Shown: positions 22,773-34,945 of the stretch, in pieces
Position numbering within the stretch: position 1 is the stretch's first letter
Layout of the letters: each line of letters starts with the position of its first letter
Assembly: GCF_963921235.1 (NCBI RefSeq)
Contig: NC_086097.1
Coordinates: forward strand, 183,708,001 to 183,772,000
DNA length: 64,000 nt
Direction of reading: 5' to 3'
From: Mobula hypostoma
Lineage: Eukaryota
Translations under genes and position numbers: made by a program
The notes under the pieces: model-generated
Database searches by the model: none
Told to the model about the DNA's origin: nothing
The model's input: the letters and a program-made list of their open reading frames with translations, nothing else

Positions 22773-25300
22773 TCATAAGATCATAAGATATAGGAGCAGA
22801 ATTAGGCCATCTGGCCCATTGAGTCTGCTCTGTCATTCCTTCATGGCTGATCCATTTACCTCTCATCCCCAGTCTTCTGCCATCTCCCCATAACCCTTCA
22901 TGCCCTGACTAATCAAGAATCTATCAACCTCAGCCTCCACTGCCACCTGTGGCAATGAATTCCACAGATTCTCCACTCTCTGGCTAAAAGAATTCCTCCT
23001 CATCTCCATTCCAAATGGACTTTATCTATTCTAAGGCTGTGCTCTCTGGTCTTAGACTCCCCTACCATAGGAAAAATCCTCTCCACAAGGCCTTTCAATA
23101 TTTGACAGATTTCAATGAGATCCCTCCTCCAACCCACATTCATTTGAATTCTTGTGAGTACAGACCCAGAGCTATCGAATGTTCCTTATATGATAAGTAT
23201 TTCAAACCTGGAATCATTTTTATAAACCTTCTTTAAACCCTCTCCAATGTCAGCACACCCTTTCTTAAATAAGGGGACCAAAAGTACTCACAATAGTTCA
23301 AGTGAGGCCCCACTAGTGCCTTATAAAGCCTCAACATTACATCCTTGATTTTATATTCTAGTCCTCTCAAAATGAATGCTAACGTTGCATTTACCTTCCT
23401 CTCCACAAACTCAATTTGCAAATTAACCTTTACAGAATCCTGCCTGAGGTCTTTGCGTCTCAGGTTTTTAAATTTTCTCTCCATTTAGAAAATAGTATAC
23501 ACTTTCATTCCTTCTGCTAAAGTGCATAACTGTAAACTTCCTGACACTGTATTCCATTTACCACTACTTTTCCCACTCTTCCTAATCTAAGTCCTTCTGT
23601 AACCTCTCTACTTCCTCAAAGCTACCTGCCACTCTACCTATCTGCAAACCTGGCCACAAAGCCATCAATTCTATCATCCAAATCATTGGCATATATCGTA
23701 AAAAGAATCAGTCCCAACACAGACCCTTGGCAGAACACCTCCAATCACCGGCAGCCTACCAGAAATGGTTCCCTTTATTCCCACTCTGCATTCTGCCAAT
23801 CAGATAATGCTCTATCCATGGTGGTAGCTTTCCTGTGATACCATGGATTCTTAAATTGTTAAGCAGCCTCATATGTGGCACCCCATGAAAAGGCATTCTG
23901 AAAATCCAAGTACACAACAACAACTGAGTCTCCTTTGTCTCTCCTGCTTGTTGTTGTTTCCTCAAAGAATTCCAACAGATTTATCAGGCAAGATTTTCCC
24001 TTAAGGAGACCATTCAGACTTTGGCCTATTTTATCATGTGCCTCCAAGTACCCCAAAACATCATCCTTAATAATCGACTCTAACATCTTCCCAACCTAGG
24101 TGGTCAGATGAACTGGCCTATAATTTCCTTTCTTCTGTCTCTTTCCCTTATTGAAGGGTGGAGTGACATTTGTAATCTTCCAGTCCTCTGGAACTATGCA
24201 AGAATCTATTGATTCCTGAAAGATCATTACTAGTTCCTCCACAATCTCTTCAGCTACCTCTTTCAGAACCCTGGGGTGTACACCATCTGGTCCAGGTGAT
24301 TTATCTATCTTCAGACCTTTCAATTTCCCAAGCACCTTCTCCCTAGTAAATTCACTCTCCTCTCCCCCCAACTCTCGAACCTCTGGCATACAGCTAATGT
24401 CTTCCAGAGTGAAGACTGATTGAAAACACTTAATCAGTTCATTCACCATCTCCTTGCCCCTCATTACTACCTCTCCAGCATAGTTTTCGAGTGGTCCAAT
24501 ATCTAGTGTCACCTCTTTTATTCCTTATGTGTCTGAAGAAACTTCTGGTATCCTTTTTAATATTATTGGCTAGCTTACCTTTGTGTTGTATCTTTACCCT
24601 CTTTGATCTTTTCAGTTGCCCTCTGTTGGGTTTTTAAAGTTTCCTAATCCTTGAACTTCCCACTAATTTTGCTCTATTATATGTCCTCTCTTTAGCTTTT
24701 ATGTTGGCTTTGACTTGTCTTGCCAGTCAAAGTTGCATCATGGTGCCTTTAGAATACTTTTTCTTCTCCGTAATATGACTATCCCATGCCTTTCAAGTTG
24801 CTTCCAAAATCTCCAGCCACTGTTGCTTTGCCGTCATCCCTTTTAGTGTCTCCTGCCAACTAACTTTAGCCAACTCTTATCTCATGCATTTGTAATTGTC
24901 TTTAGTTCACTGTAATACTGATAATCTGACTTAGCTTCTCCCTCTAAGATTTCAGGGTGAATTATACCATATTATGATCACTGCCTCCCAAGGGCTCCTC
25001 TATCTTGAGCTGTAGTCAATTCCACTTGATTGCACAATACCCAATCCAGAATACCTGATCCCCAAGTGCGCTCAACCATGAGCTGCTCTAAAAAGCCATC
25101 TTTAAACATATTACAATTTCCCCCTTTTGGGATCCAGCACCACCATTATTTTCCCAATCTACCTGCATATTGAAAACCCTCTCAACTTGGATAACATTGC
25201 CCTTTTGACATGCATTTTTTAATCTCCTGTTGTAATTTGTAGCCCACTTCTTTGCTACCATTTGAATGTCTGCATATAACTCCCATCAGGGTCTTTTTAC
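22773..25300 (-). mobile_element. Decayed CR1 ORF2 (endonuclease to 3' tail)
   Basis: KSPGPDGVHPRVLKE, GNYRPV, KGKSCLINLLEFFE, YLDFQNAF; (CATAAGAT)n tail at left. Confidence 0.9.
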
Positions 25301-26511
25301 CTTTAGCCAATAATTAATTAGACAGATTATTTAAGCAGTAAACAAATAAATGAACAGTTCCAAGGACAAGTAACTGTTTTACTGTAATTATACACTTAAA
25401 AATCTCAGCACTAGTATGTAATACAAATCTGTTTAGTTTTGTGCAACAGCTGGATGTTGTATTTTCTCTTCTACACCTATCTCTGATAGCTTCAGAATGA
25501 GCAGCATATTAGAAAGTTGACCGTATGCTGAATGTGTGCAAATTTCCTCAAGTTACATAACATCAGCCTTCATTTACTTGCAAACTTATCATAGTAGAAC
25601 ACCCAAAACAGGATAAAAATATCTTTTATAACTACATTATTTGTGAGACATCTGAGGATTCAAAATTATGACAAATGCAGCTTTCAGTCAAAAATAAATA
25701 TGCAAAGATCTATAATTTAAGGATTTGGGGAATTGAATATCTAAGATCAAACCATCCTAGTCACCTGATCACTAATGTGACAATGTTATTGTTACCTAGT
25801 TACAGAAGTACTTTAGAACAACACGAGGAGGGTTGGAATCTGCCACAGAATGCTTAGTCGTTTATGCATGTCCCATTGATAACCTGTCAAGGTCCTGAAG
25901 TGTATTGAGTGAGGTAGTCAGACTCTGTAAATGAACCGAGATTTTTAACCTTGCATGCACAGTGGCCAGCAAAACAGATAACATGATCCATCATAGTCAC
26001 CGTACTTTATTTCAGAAGAGCTACTGGGAAATAGATTGTTGTGCCAGAGAATTTAAGGCACTAACCTTTCTTCTATGGCTACAAATTCACTAGTGCTTTC
26101 TTCAAAATTCACTCAGGACTGCATTACGCTGTGAGTTCATGTCACACAGGATTGAATACGATGAAATCCAGAGTGAAGGTGTGCTTCAATGGACAGTTAC
26201 CAACTATGGACCCAGCATTTTACTGTCTGAAGTATGTAGGGAGAATTCCTGCTCCAGCCATTAACAACACAAGGAAATTTGAAAACAGAATTGGATACTC
26301 AGCTTGCTGACTCACTCCTTTTATCACTCCTTAGGGACTGGCCATTTAAAATGGTGTTTACCTACAAAGTTGTCAAACGGACAGCTTCAAGTTTCCTACC
26401 AAGAATTGTGACCTTCTGCAGCACAAACAGAAGGCCAGCAAATACAAAGAAGAGCTATCGCTGAAGATTCCCCTCCAAATTAAATATAACCTTGATCTAT
26501 AGTACCTGTAT

Positions 26512-26726
26512 CACAAACAAGATAAGATCTGCTGATGCTAGAAATCAAAGCAATGCAGACAAAATGCTGGGGAAACTCAGCAGTCCGTGCAGCATCTATG
26601 GAAAAGTGTAAGCTGTCGACTTTTTGAGCGAGTGTCCTAATGAAGGGTCTCAACCCAAAACATCGACTGTTTACTGTTTTTTTTCATCGCTGCTGCTGAG
26701 TTCTGCCAGTATTTGGTGTGTATTGC
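26512..26726. mobile_element. Fold-back mini-element from Penelope terminus
   Basis: Inverted terminal arms with degenerate hammerhead motif; TSD AGTACCTGTAT/AGTACATGTAT (26501-26511, 26727-26737). Confidence 0.7.
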
Positions 26727-26918
26727 AGTACATGTATATTGGTTTTGCTTTGTTTTTGTTAGATCAAAATCCTGGAACTCCTGACTTAACATCACCTTGC
26801 ATGATACAGCTTCTACCAATTCATTTACTTACTGGCTGCCTTTTGCATGGCCACCTTTACTAATGCAGTCAAATTCCCTTGATACTTCTGCACTCCTCCA
26901 AATCCAATCTCACCTCCT

Positions 26919-27881
26919 GCAAACACGAGGAATTCTGCAGATGCTGGAAATTCAAGCAACACACATCAAATTTGCTGGTGAACGCAACAGGCCAGGCAGC
27001 ATCTCTAGGAATAGGTACTGTCGACGTTTCAGGCCGAGACCTTTCGTCAGGACTAACTGAAGGAAGAGTGAGTAAGAGATTTGAAAGTGGGGGGGGGAGA
27101 TCCAAAATGATAGGAGAAGACAGGAAGGGGAGGGATGGAGCCAAGAGCTGGACAGTTGATTGGCAAAAGGGGATACGAGAGGATCATGGGACAGGAGGCC
27201 CGGGGAGAAGGAAAAGGGGGAGGTGGGGAAAACCCAGAGGATGGGCAAGGGGTATAGTCAGAGGGACAAAAAGGAGAGAGAGAGAAAAGAATGTGTGTAT
27301 ATAAATAAATAACGGATGGGGTACGAGGGGGAGGTGCGGCATTAGCGGAAGTTTGAGAAGTCAATGTTCATGCCATCAGGTTGGAGGCTACCCAGACGGA
27401 ATATAAGGTGTTGTTCCTCCAACCTGAGTGTGCCTGAGTGTGGCTTCATCTTTACAGTAGAGGAGGCAGTGGATAGACATATCAGAATGGTAATGGGACG
27501 TGGAATTAAAATGTGCAGCCACTGGGAGATCCTGCCTTCTCTGGCGGACAGAGCGTAGGTGTTCAGCAAAACGATCTCCCAGTCTGCGTCGGATCTCGCC
27601 AATATATAGAAGGCCACATCGGGAGCACCGGGCGCAGTATATCACCCCAGCCGACTCACAGGGTGAAGTGTCGCCTCACCTGGAAGGACCGTCTGGGGCC
27701 CTGAATGGTGGTAAGGGAGGAAGTGTAAGGGCATGTGTAGCACTTGTTCCACTTACAAGGATAAGTGCCAGGAGGGAGATCAGTGGGGAGGGATGGGGGG
27801 GACGAATGGACAAGGGAGTCGCATAGGGAGCGATCCCTGCGGAAAGCGGGGGGGGGTGGGTGGGGGAGGGAAAGATGTGCT
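26919..27881 (-). mobile_element. 5'-truncated Penelope-like (Neptune-type) element: Cys linker, GIY-YIG, 3' terminus
   Basis: PGTYPCKWNKCYTC; IYCARCSRCGLLYIGE...RFAEH. TSD-like TCACCTCCTGCAA/TCACCTTCTGCAA (26910-26922, 27882-27894), partly overlapping the element end. Confidence 0.92.
27018..27055 (-). ncRNA. Minimal type I hammerhead ribozyme motif
   Basis: Minus strand TAGTC-CTGACGA-A-AGGT-CTCG-GCCT-GAAA-CGTC^GACAG: conserved core, stem II and palindromic AC/GT stem III. Confidence 0.7.
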
Positions 27882-29574
27882 TCACCTTCTGCAACTTTCT
27901 TTTTCACTAAGCTTCCTCTGGCTTTATTTCCAGTTCTTTTGCAACTACTATCAAATTCAAAATGGTTTCTATTTTTCTAATGACAGTGAAAGGACCATGG
28001 CCGCAGGAATCCAGGAATAGCATTTTCTGTTAAAGTGATAGAGATGCCTTAACCCTCCTCATGCTCCTCAAACTTTCTCTTGTATTTCACTCACCAGAAT
28101 GTGCAATCAGACTCCAATGATATTTCCCATCAATTACTTTATTTCCTTTCTTTTAGGTTGTCAGGGTCCCTCAAGGAATTATTCTCAAAGGCAGTTACTC
28201 TCTTCTATAATTTCTAATCTACATAATGCAAAGAGATGGAATCAGCTCACGTCCAAATCTGCATCTCCCTTCACTTTTCTTGATCACATAATTGCTTCCA
28301 TGTTGTCAAGATGGTAACTTGCTATCACATCCTGGACGAGCCAATCTGTTTTGGAAATATTTTACTTATTGGTAATGAAATGCAATAAAACAACTATGTG
28401 TTGTCATAGAATGCTAGGTTGCAAATTTATTTTTGAAATAATTTAAACCTATTAAAAAGTACTGTTGTTGGCAAATAGTGAAAAATATTACCTCAAGGAA
28501 ATAGGACAAGATTGTTTTTCACTTGCTCACTTATATCATTATCCTTGGCTGAAAATCTGACTGGTAGATGAATTAATCTTAGCAGACTACTGGCGACTCA
28601 GGATACTATGGGGAACAGAGGCAAACAGAAAATTCTCCAGAAATCTACTGATTTGCACACTGGAGTTAGAAAGTACTGCCAAATAACTTTTTTCTTGATT
28701 AATCTGAAAAATTGAGGAGATTGCGGTTAACTGATTCTGAAATATTTGAAATTTGGCCAATATTGCCTGACACACTTGAAAAATGTCAGCGCCAAGATAG
28801 AAGGAAAACAAGGCAGAATGTTTTCCGTTCACTGATCAGTAATTGTATAGTTGAAGTTATCTGGTAAAACAGACATAGAAATGATTGGAATTAAACAAAC
28901 TTAAAGAAAGGTTGATGCAAAATGTTGGACCAAACCATTTTGTAAGTTGAGCACAAAAGATTTGCATTTACAGAATGTATTATTAAAGACAAGAATTAAT
29001 TAAAACAGACTGATACAGTTGGCTGAATTAACTGGACATTAATTCCTAACAGATTTCTGTGCATTGACAATTTTAATATCAAAATCGCTGTGTTTTTAAA
29101 TGGGACTACAAAGCATGGAAGTCTGAAAGATCAATTATATTCTGCAGTATGGGAATGCATCTGCTCTATGTTGGATTAAAGGACCTCAAGGTAATTAAAC
29201 TCTGTATCAATCCTATCTGTCCATTAGTCCAGCATGGAACATTTGTATTCTTACACAGTAGCCATAAAAATGAAATATGAAGGCATGCATTATATAGAAA
29301 TCAATTATTAATATAAATGCATGAATGGTTTTTGTAAGCCTATGGCAACAAATCACATAAAAATAAATTCTCTGTCTATCACTGCATGAATTCACTTACT
29401 AGCGACAGCAAGGAAAGAGCAGAGGTGATTTTTGCCCTCTCCCTGAGAATTGATTCCTGACTAACCCACTCTCTATTTGCCTCTTTTGTTTTTATCTTTG
29501 GTTAAACTTAACCCTGCACTGAGATTTGGTATTGATTTTTTAAAAAAAGAAGTTACATTCTGCTTTAAATTTTA

Positions 29575-29870
29575 AAGACACAAGAGACTGCAGTAACCTG
29601 GAGCAAAAACCATACTGCTGGAGGAAATCGGCGAATCAGGCAGCATTTGTAGAGGCAAATGGGTAGTTTGCAATTCTACATTAAGAGTGAGTATAGAGGG
29701 GATAGGGAGGTGAGAGGCAGAGGTGAGGCTGTTTTGCAGGTGGATCCAGGTAGGGGTAATGGTGAGCAAATTCAGGGGGCTGAAAAGGGATAAGTGCAGA
29801 TTATGAAATCAGAGAAGTAGGCAAGGTGATATGTGGAACCATAAGGGAGGGATGATGGGCGGATAGAACC
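29575..29870 (-). mobile_element. Old Penelope-type terminal repeat fragment
   Basis: TGCTGGAGGAAATCGGCGAATCAGGCAGCAT resembles the other Penelope termini; purine-rich body. Confidence 0.5.
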
Positions 29871-29871
29871 A

Positions 29872-30585
29872 GGTGCCATGTTGCCTCCCAGGTGTCAGGA
29901 CTTGGTACCTATTGACACCTGAGACATAGGTAGGAGGTCCTGATCAGGGACATAGGTAGGAGGTCCTGATCAGGGACATAGGTAGGAGGTCCTGATCAGA
30001 GACAAAGGTAGGAGGTCCTGATCAGAGACATAGGTAGGAGGTCCTGATCAGAGACATAGGCGGGAGGTCCTGATCAGAGAGAAAGGTAGGAGGTCCTGAT
30101 CAGAGACATAGGCGGGAGGTCCTGATCAGAGAGAAAGGTAGGAGGTCCTGATCAGGGACATAGGTGGGAGGTCCTGATCAGAGACATAGGTGCGAGGTCC
30201 TGATCAGAGACATGGGTAAGAGGTCCTGATCAGAGACATAGGTAGGAGATCCTGATCAGAGACATAGGTAGGAGATCCTGATCAGAGACATAGGTAGGAG
30301 GTCCTGATCAGGGACATGGGTAGGAGATCCTGATCAGAGAATTTAGGGAGCTAGGAAGAAAGCAGAAAGCCAGAGCCTCTAGGGTAGTAATCTCTGGATT
30401 GCTGCTGTATCACGTACCAGTGAGGGTAAGAACAAGATGGTTTGGCAGGAGAGTGTGTGACTGAGGAACTGGTGCAGGGGCAGGGGTTCAGGTTTCTGGA
30501 TCATTGGGACCACTTCTGGGGAAGGTAAGACCTGTACAGAAGGGACGGGTTACACCTGAACCCGAGGGGGACCAATATCCTTGCC
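29872..30585 (+). mobile_element. CR1 ORF1 (SGNH/GDSL esterase-like) fragment containing a minisatellite
   Basis: CCLPG, GT.D-IGR..EVL, EFRELGR, VVISGLL, WCRGQGFRFLDHWDHFWG, RDGLHLNPRGTNILA. Confidence 0.75.
29921..30340 (+). repeat. 26-bp minisatellite, about 16 copies
   Basis: Unit GACATAGGTAGGAGGTCCTGATCAGR, contiguous, with few substitutions. Confidence 0.95.
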
Positions 30586-31660
30586 ATCAAACACCCCTCA
30601 AACATTATCCCTTTCTTTCCTGGGATCATTCTTATGAACCTGGTCTGGACCTTCTCCAATGCCAGTACATCCTTTCTTAGATAAGGGGCTCCAAACCACT
30701 CACAATACTCCAAGTGCAGTCTGATCAATGCTTATAAAGCTTCAGCATTATATCCTTGCTTTCAGAACATAGTTGTCTCAAGTTGAATGCTAACATTGCA
30801 TTTGCCTTCTTTAACATCAACTCAACCTGCAAAATAACCTTTACAGAATCTTGCATAAGGACTCCCAAGTCTCTTTGCACCTCTAATTCATGAATTTTCT
30901 CCCTGTTTAGTAGATAGTCAAAGTCTTTATTCCTTCTAGCAAAGTGCCTGATCATAAACTTCCATACATTGTATTCCATTTGCCACTTTGTCCATTCTCC
31001 TAATCTGTCCAAATCCTTCTGCAGACTTACTGTTACCTCAACACTACCTGCCCCTTTCCTGTATTTTTATACTTTCCACTTTTCTATATTTTTACCAAAA
31101 TGGATGAACTCACATTTACTACTTTATATTGTATCTGACAGATCCTCTAATTCACTTAGCCTATATGCCTTTAACTCTGTAACTCTTTAACACCACTCTG
31201 TAACCTTCTCACCTTCTCGGTGAAGCTCAGTTTTGTATCATCTACATCACGGATCAATTACACCTGACCCCCTCATCCAAATCATTGATGTCGATTGTGA
31301 ACAGCTGCAGTCCCAGCACCTCTCCCTGGCACATCAGTTATTACAGCTTCCCAACCCATCAATAATCTGTTTATTCCTACCCTGATTTCTGTCATTAACC
31401 AGCTCTCAATCTGTACTGGTCTATTACTCCCATACCATGTTGTTTAATAAAGTCTGTGTACCAATTTCCTTCAGGAAATTCAAATTCACTTCATACACTA
31501 GTCCTAATTATTCTCCTCATTACAAACTAAAAACAAATCTATTGGATTTAACAAAACATACTTTCATAAATCCATGTAAAATCTGCCCAGTCACATCATT
31601 GTTTTCTAAGTGTTCCATTACTATTTCATTGATGATGGATTCTAGCAATATCCTCGTTAC
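30586..31660 (-). mobile_element. CR1 ORF2 fragments
   Basis: HLEYCEWFGAPYLRKDVLALEKVQ; WQMEYNV...EVQRDLGV; older remnant to about 31660. Confidence 0.75.
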
Positions 31661-31779
31661 TCATGGCGCTAGTAAACAACAATTCCTCAGGCGACATCTT
31701 TGAGATAGCTAATCTCTTCAATTATTTCACTTTTTCTACACCTTCTGCTTTTCCTTTGTCTTGTTTGTGTGAAGGAAAT

Positions 31780-33825
31780 ATCAGAGCCCGAGACATGCAG
31801 TCTGGAACTCGATCGAAGGATCCAGAGCTGTGCTGTGTCCAGAGAGCTGCCTCATGGACATCAGTGACGGGGTTGAAATGGACAGAGAACACGAGCTAAC
31901 TTGCGGAAAAGACCAGAGGCAGGACATGAACGACTCCTTCTCGAAGCGGCAAGGAATACTGAAGCATCGAGGTGAATGGGGAGGGGAACAGCGATTGCTC
32001 CCAATGGAGGGTACTGGGGGTGACAATGGTCAGCAGCTGGATCAGTGGCGTTTGGACCTGGTCAGCGATCGCTCCCAATGGGGGATACTGGGGGTGACGA
32101 CGGTCAGCAGCTGGATCAGTGGCGTTCAGAGCCGATCAGCGATTGCTCCCAATGGAGGCCACTGGGATGATGACAATGGTCAGCAGCTGGATCAGTGGCG
32201 TTCGGACCCGGTCAGTGATCGCTCCCAATGGGGGATACTGGGATGATGACAATGGTCAGCAGCTGGATCAGTGGTGCTCAGACCCGATCAGCGATCGCTC
32301 CCAATGGAGGATACTGGGGGTGACGACAGTCAGCAGGTGGATCAGCGGTGTTCAGACCCGATCAGTGGGGGATACTGGGGGTGACGACAGTCAGCAGCTG
32401 GATCAGTAGTGTTCAGACCCGGTCAGCGATTGCTCCCAATGGGGGATACTGGGGGTGACGACGGTCAGCAGCTGGATCAGTGGCGTTCGGACCCGGTCAG
32501 TGATCGCTCCCAGTGGAGGCCATCGGGATGATGACAATGGTCAGCAGCTGGATCAGTGGTGCTCAGACCCGATCAGCGATCGCTCCCAATGGAGGATACT
32601 GGGGGTGACGACAGTCAGCAGGTGGATCAGCGGTGTTCAGACCCGATCAGTGGGGGATACTGGGGGTGACGACAGTCAGCAGCTGGATCAGTAGTGTTCA
32701 GACCCGGTCAGTGATTGCTCCCAATGGGGGATACTGGGGGTGACGACGGTCAGCAGCTGGATCAGTGGCGTTCGGACCCGGTCAGTGATCGCTCCCAGTG
32801 GAGGCCATCGGGATGATGACAATGGTCAGCAGCTGGATCAGTGGTGTTCAGACCCGGTCAGCGATCGCTCCCAATGGAGGATACTGGGGGTGACGACAGT
32901 CAGCAGGTGGATCAGCGGTGTTCAGACCCGATCAGCGATCGCTCCCAATGGGGGATACTGGGGGTGACGACAGTCAGCAGCTGGATCAGTGGTGTTCAGA
33001 CCCGGTCAGCGATCGCTCCCAATGGGGGATACTGGGGGTGACGACGGCCAGCAGCTGGATCAGTGGTGTTCAGACCCGGTCAGCGATCGCTCCCAATGGA
33101 GGCCACTGGGATGATGACAATGGTCAGCAGCTGGATCAGCGGTTTTTCGGACCCGGTCAGCGATCGCTCCCAATGGGGGATACTGGGGCAACGATGGTCA
33201 GCAACCAGTTTGGTGTTTGGACCCAGGTTGGCGGTCACTATTCACGGAAGGACTGAGTTCGTGCAGCCAATCTCCTCGTATGCTGATGGAAAGATGCTTT
33301 TGAAATTCTGAGACTTATGTGATTGTTGGACTGTATCTTATATTGGTGTCCTTCAGCTTTTCAGCATTTTCTTCCTTGTGTCTGATTGGTGGGTGGGTGA
33401 TCTGTTAGTTTTGTGTGTGAGAGGGGTTTGGCTTTTGGTGCTACTGTCGTTGTCTTTATTGTGAGTGAGGGTGTCGGAGATTGTATTTGTCACTGTATTT
33501 TACTGCGGGGAATAGGGTCAGGGATCGTTATTGTTGCTGTTTTTTCATGTGGGGGAGGGTATCGGGGATTGCATTTTTTTCTGTGGGGGAGGGTTTGGGG
33601 ATTTGTTGTTATTGTCACTGTCTTTTTCCTGTAGGGATGGGTGGGGGATTTGGGATTTGCAAGTTTTGTTTCTTTTTCTTTTTCGTGCTGGTGGGGAGAG
33701 TTGATGTCTTTTCCTTCAACAATTCCCGTGGTCTTCCTGTATTCCATGGCTAACTGGAGAAGACAAATATCAGAGTTGTACAGTATATGCATACTTTGAT
33801 AATAAAATGAACCTTTGATTCTTTG
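31780..33825 (+). mobile_element. Composite non-autonomous retroposon: GC-rich head + VNTR + GT-rich region + Rex1-type tail
   Basis: Sharp rise in GC/CpG at about 31780; ends ATACTTTGATAATAAAATGAACCTTTGATTCTTTG, like other Rex1-type tails in the window. Confidence 0.55.
31989..33205 (+). repeat. GC-rich VNTR, unit about 74-77 bp, about 16-17 copies, with a 285-bp higher-order repeat
   Basis: Unit approx CAGCGATCGCTCCCAATGGGGGATACTGGGGGTGACGACRGTCAGCAGCTGGATCAGTGGTGTTCAGACCCGGT; a shortened unit recurs 285 bp apart. Confidence 0.95.
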
Positions 33826-34299
33826 GAATAACCTTCTCTGAGCTTATGTTTTGATTATAGTCATATGTGCAATATGTAAAATGATGTGTCGTATTTCCAG
33901 CAATATACTGGTAACCTTGCAATATCAGATGATATGAATACTAATATTAGCCTTTTAATGAAAGTATTTTATTGCAGAATTGAAGGACTGAGATAAATGT
34001 TGGAGATGATCTTTAATACAAAGGAGCAGAGTGTCCTGTTAAATGCACTGTCATGTGCTAGCAGTGAAGAGTCTAGCTTCAAGCAGGTCTTGGAGGACTC
34101 CTACTCCCTCAGAAACCTCAATGGCATTAACATTGCCTCCCTCATCTTGCCTAAGGCCTATGGCTGATGATGGCTCTATGTGTTAGCATTGTGTAAGTTA
34201 TACAGCTTATGAGACGTACCTTATGGACAAGCATTTTCTGATGGGAAATGCACCAAGGTGGGGAATCCACTTGCATATCAACATAGCCGGTGTGCGTGC

Positions 34300-34945
34300 A
34301 AAGTTCAAAGTAAATTTATTATCAAAGTACATACATACGTCACCGTATACAACCCTGAGATTCATTTTCTTGTGGCAATCACAGTAAATACAAGAAACAC
34401 AGTAGAATCAATGAAAGACCACACCCGACAGGATGGACAAGCAACCAATGTGCAATAAATAACAAAATGTGCAAATGCAAAACAGAAAGAAAGAAAACAA
34501 TAAATAGTAATAATTAATTGTTGTTCCTCTTCATGCCTCGTGGCACATCAAGCAGCAAAACCTTGCCGTTTCTTTAGCATTTTGTCTGTTTTTTACGAGA
34601 CTGAGTTGCTAGCTCGCCGCTCAACCCAGCATGAATGGAAAGTGTGATTCGAACCCGGAGCCACTCACCTCAAAGTCTGGTGCTGATGCCACTACATTAC
34701 CGGCCGGCTATGATAGTTAGTAAATAAGCAATAAGTATCGCAAACATGAGATGAAGAGCTCTTTGAAAGCGAGTCCATAGGTTGTGGGAACTGTTCAGTG
34801 ACAGGGTGAGTGAAGTAGTGTGAATTTATCCCCTTTTGTTCAACAGCCTGATGGTTGAGGAGGTAATACTTGTTCCTAAGCCTGGTGGTGTAGGTTCTGA
34901 GGCTCCTAAACCTTCTTTCTGATGGCAGCAGTGAGAAGAAAGGAG
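34300..34945 (-). mobile_element. Rex1/Babar 3' end, split by a SINE
   Basis: FFSLLPSERRFRSLRTYTTRLRN; tail AAAGTTCAAAGTAAATTTATTATCAAAG at left. Confidence 0.75.
34520..34708 (-). mobile_element. tRNA-derived SINE
   Basis: Minus strand GCCGGCCGGTAATGTAGTGG (A box) ... GGGTTCGAATC (B box), followed by a non-tRNA body. Confidence 0.65.

Noticed and set aside
26279..26500. Possible exon after CTGAC...CTCCTTAG acceptor-like site
   Set aside because: No recognisable protein motif and no clear donor.
29921..30340. CRISPR-like array
   Set aside because: Units are contiguous with no unique spacers, there are no cas genes, and the context is eukaryotic; it is a minisatellite.
31830..33311. Repetitive-protein ORFs or CRISPR array in the VNTR
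   Set aside because: Unit lengths shift frame and stops recur; no spacers. The ORFs are by-products of a GC-rich repeat.
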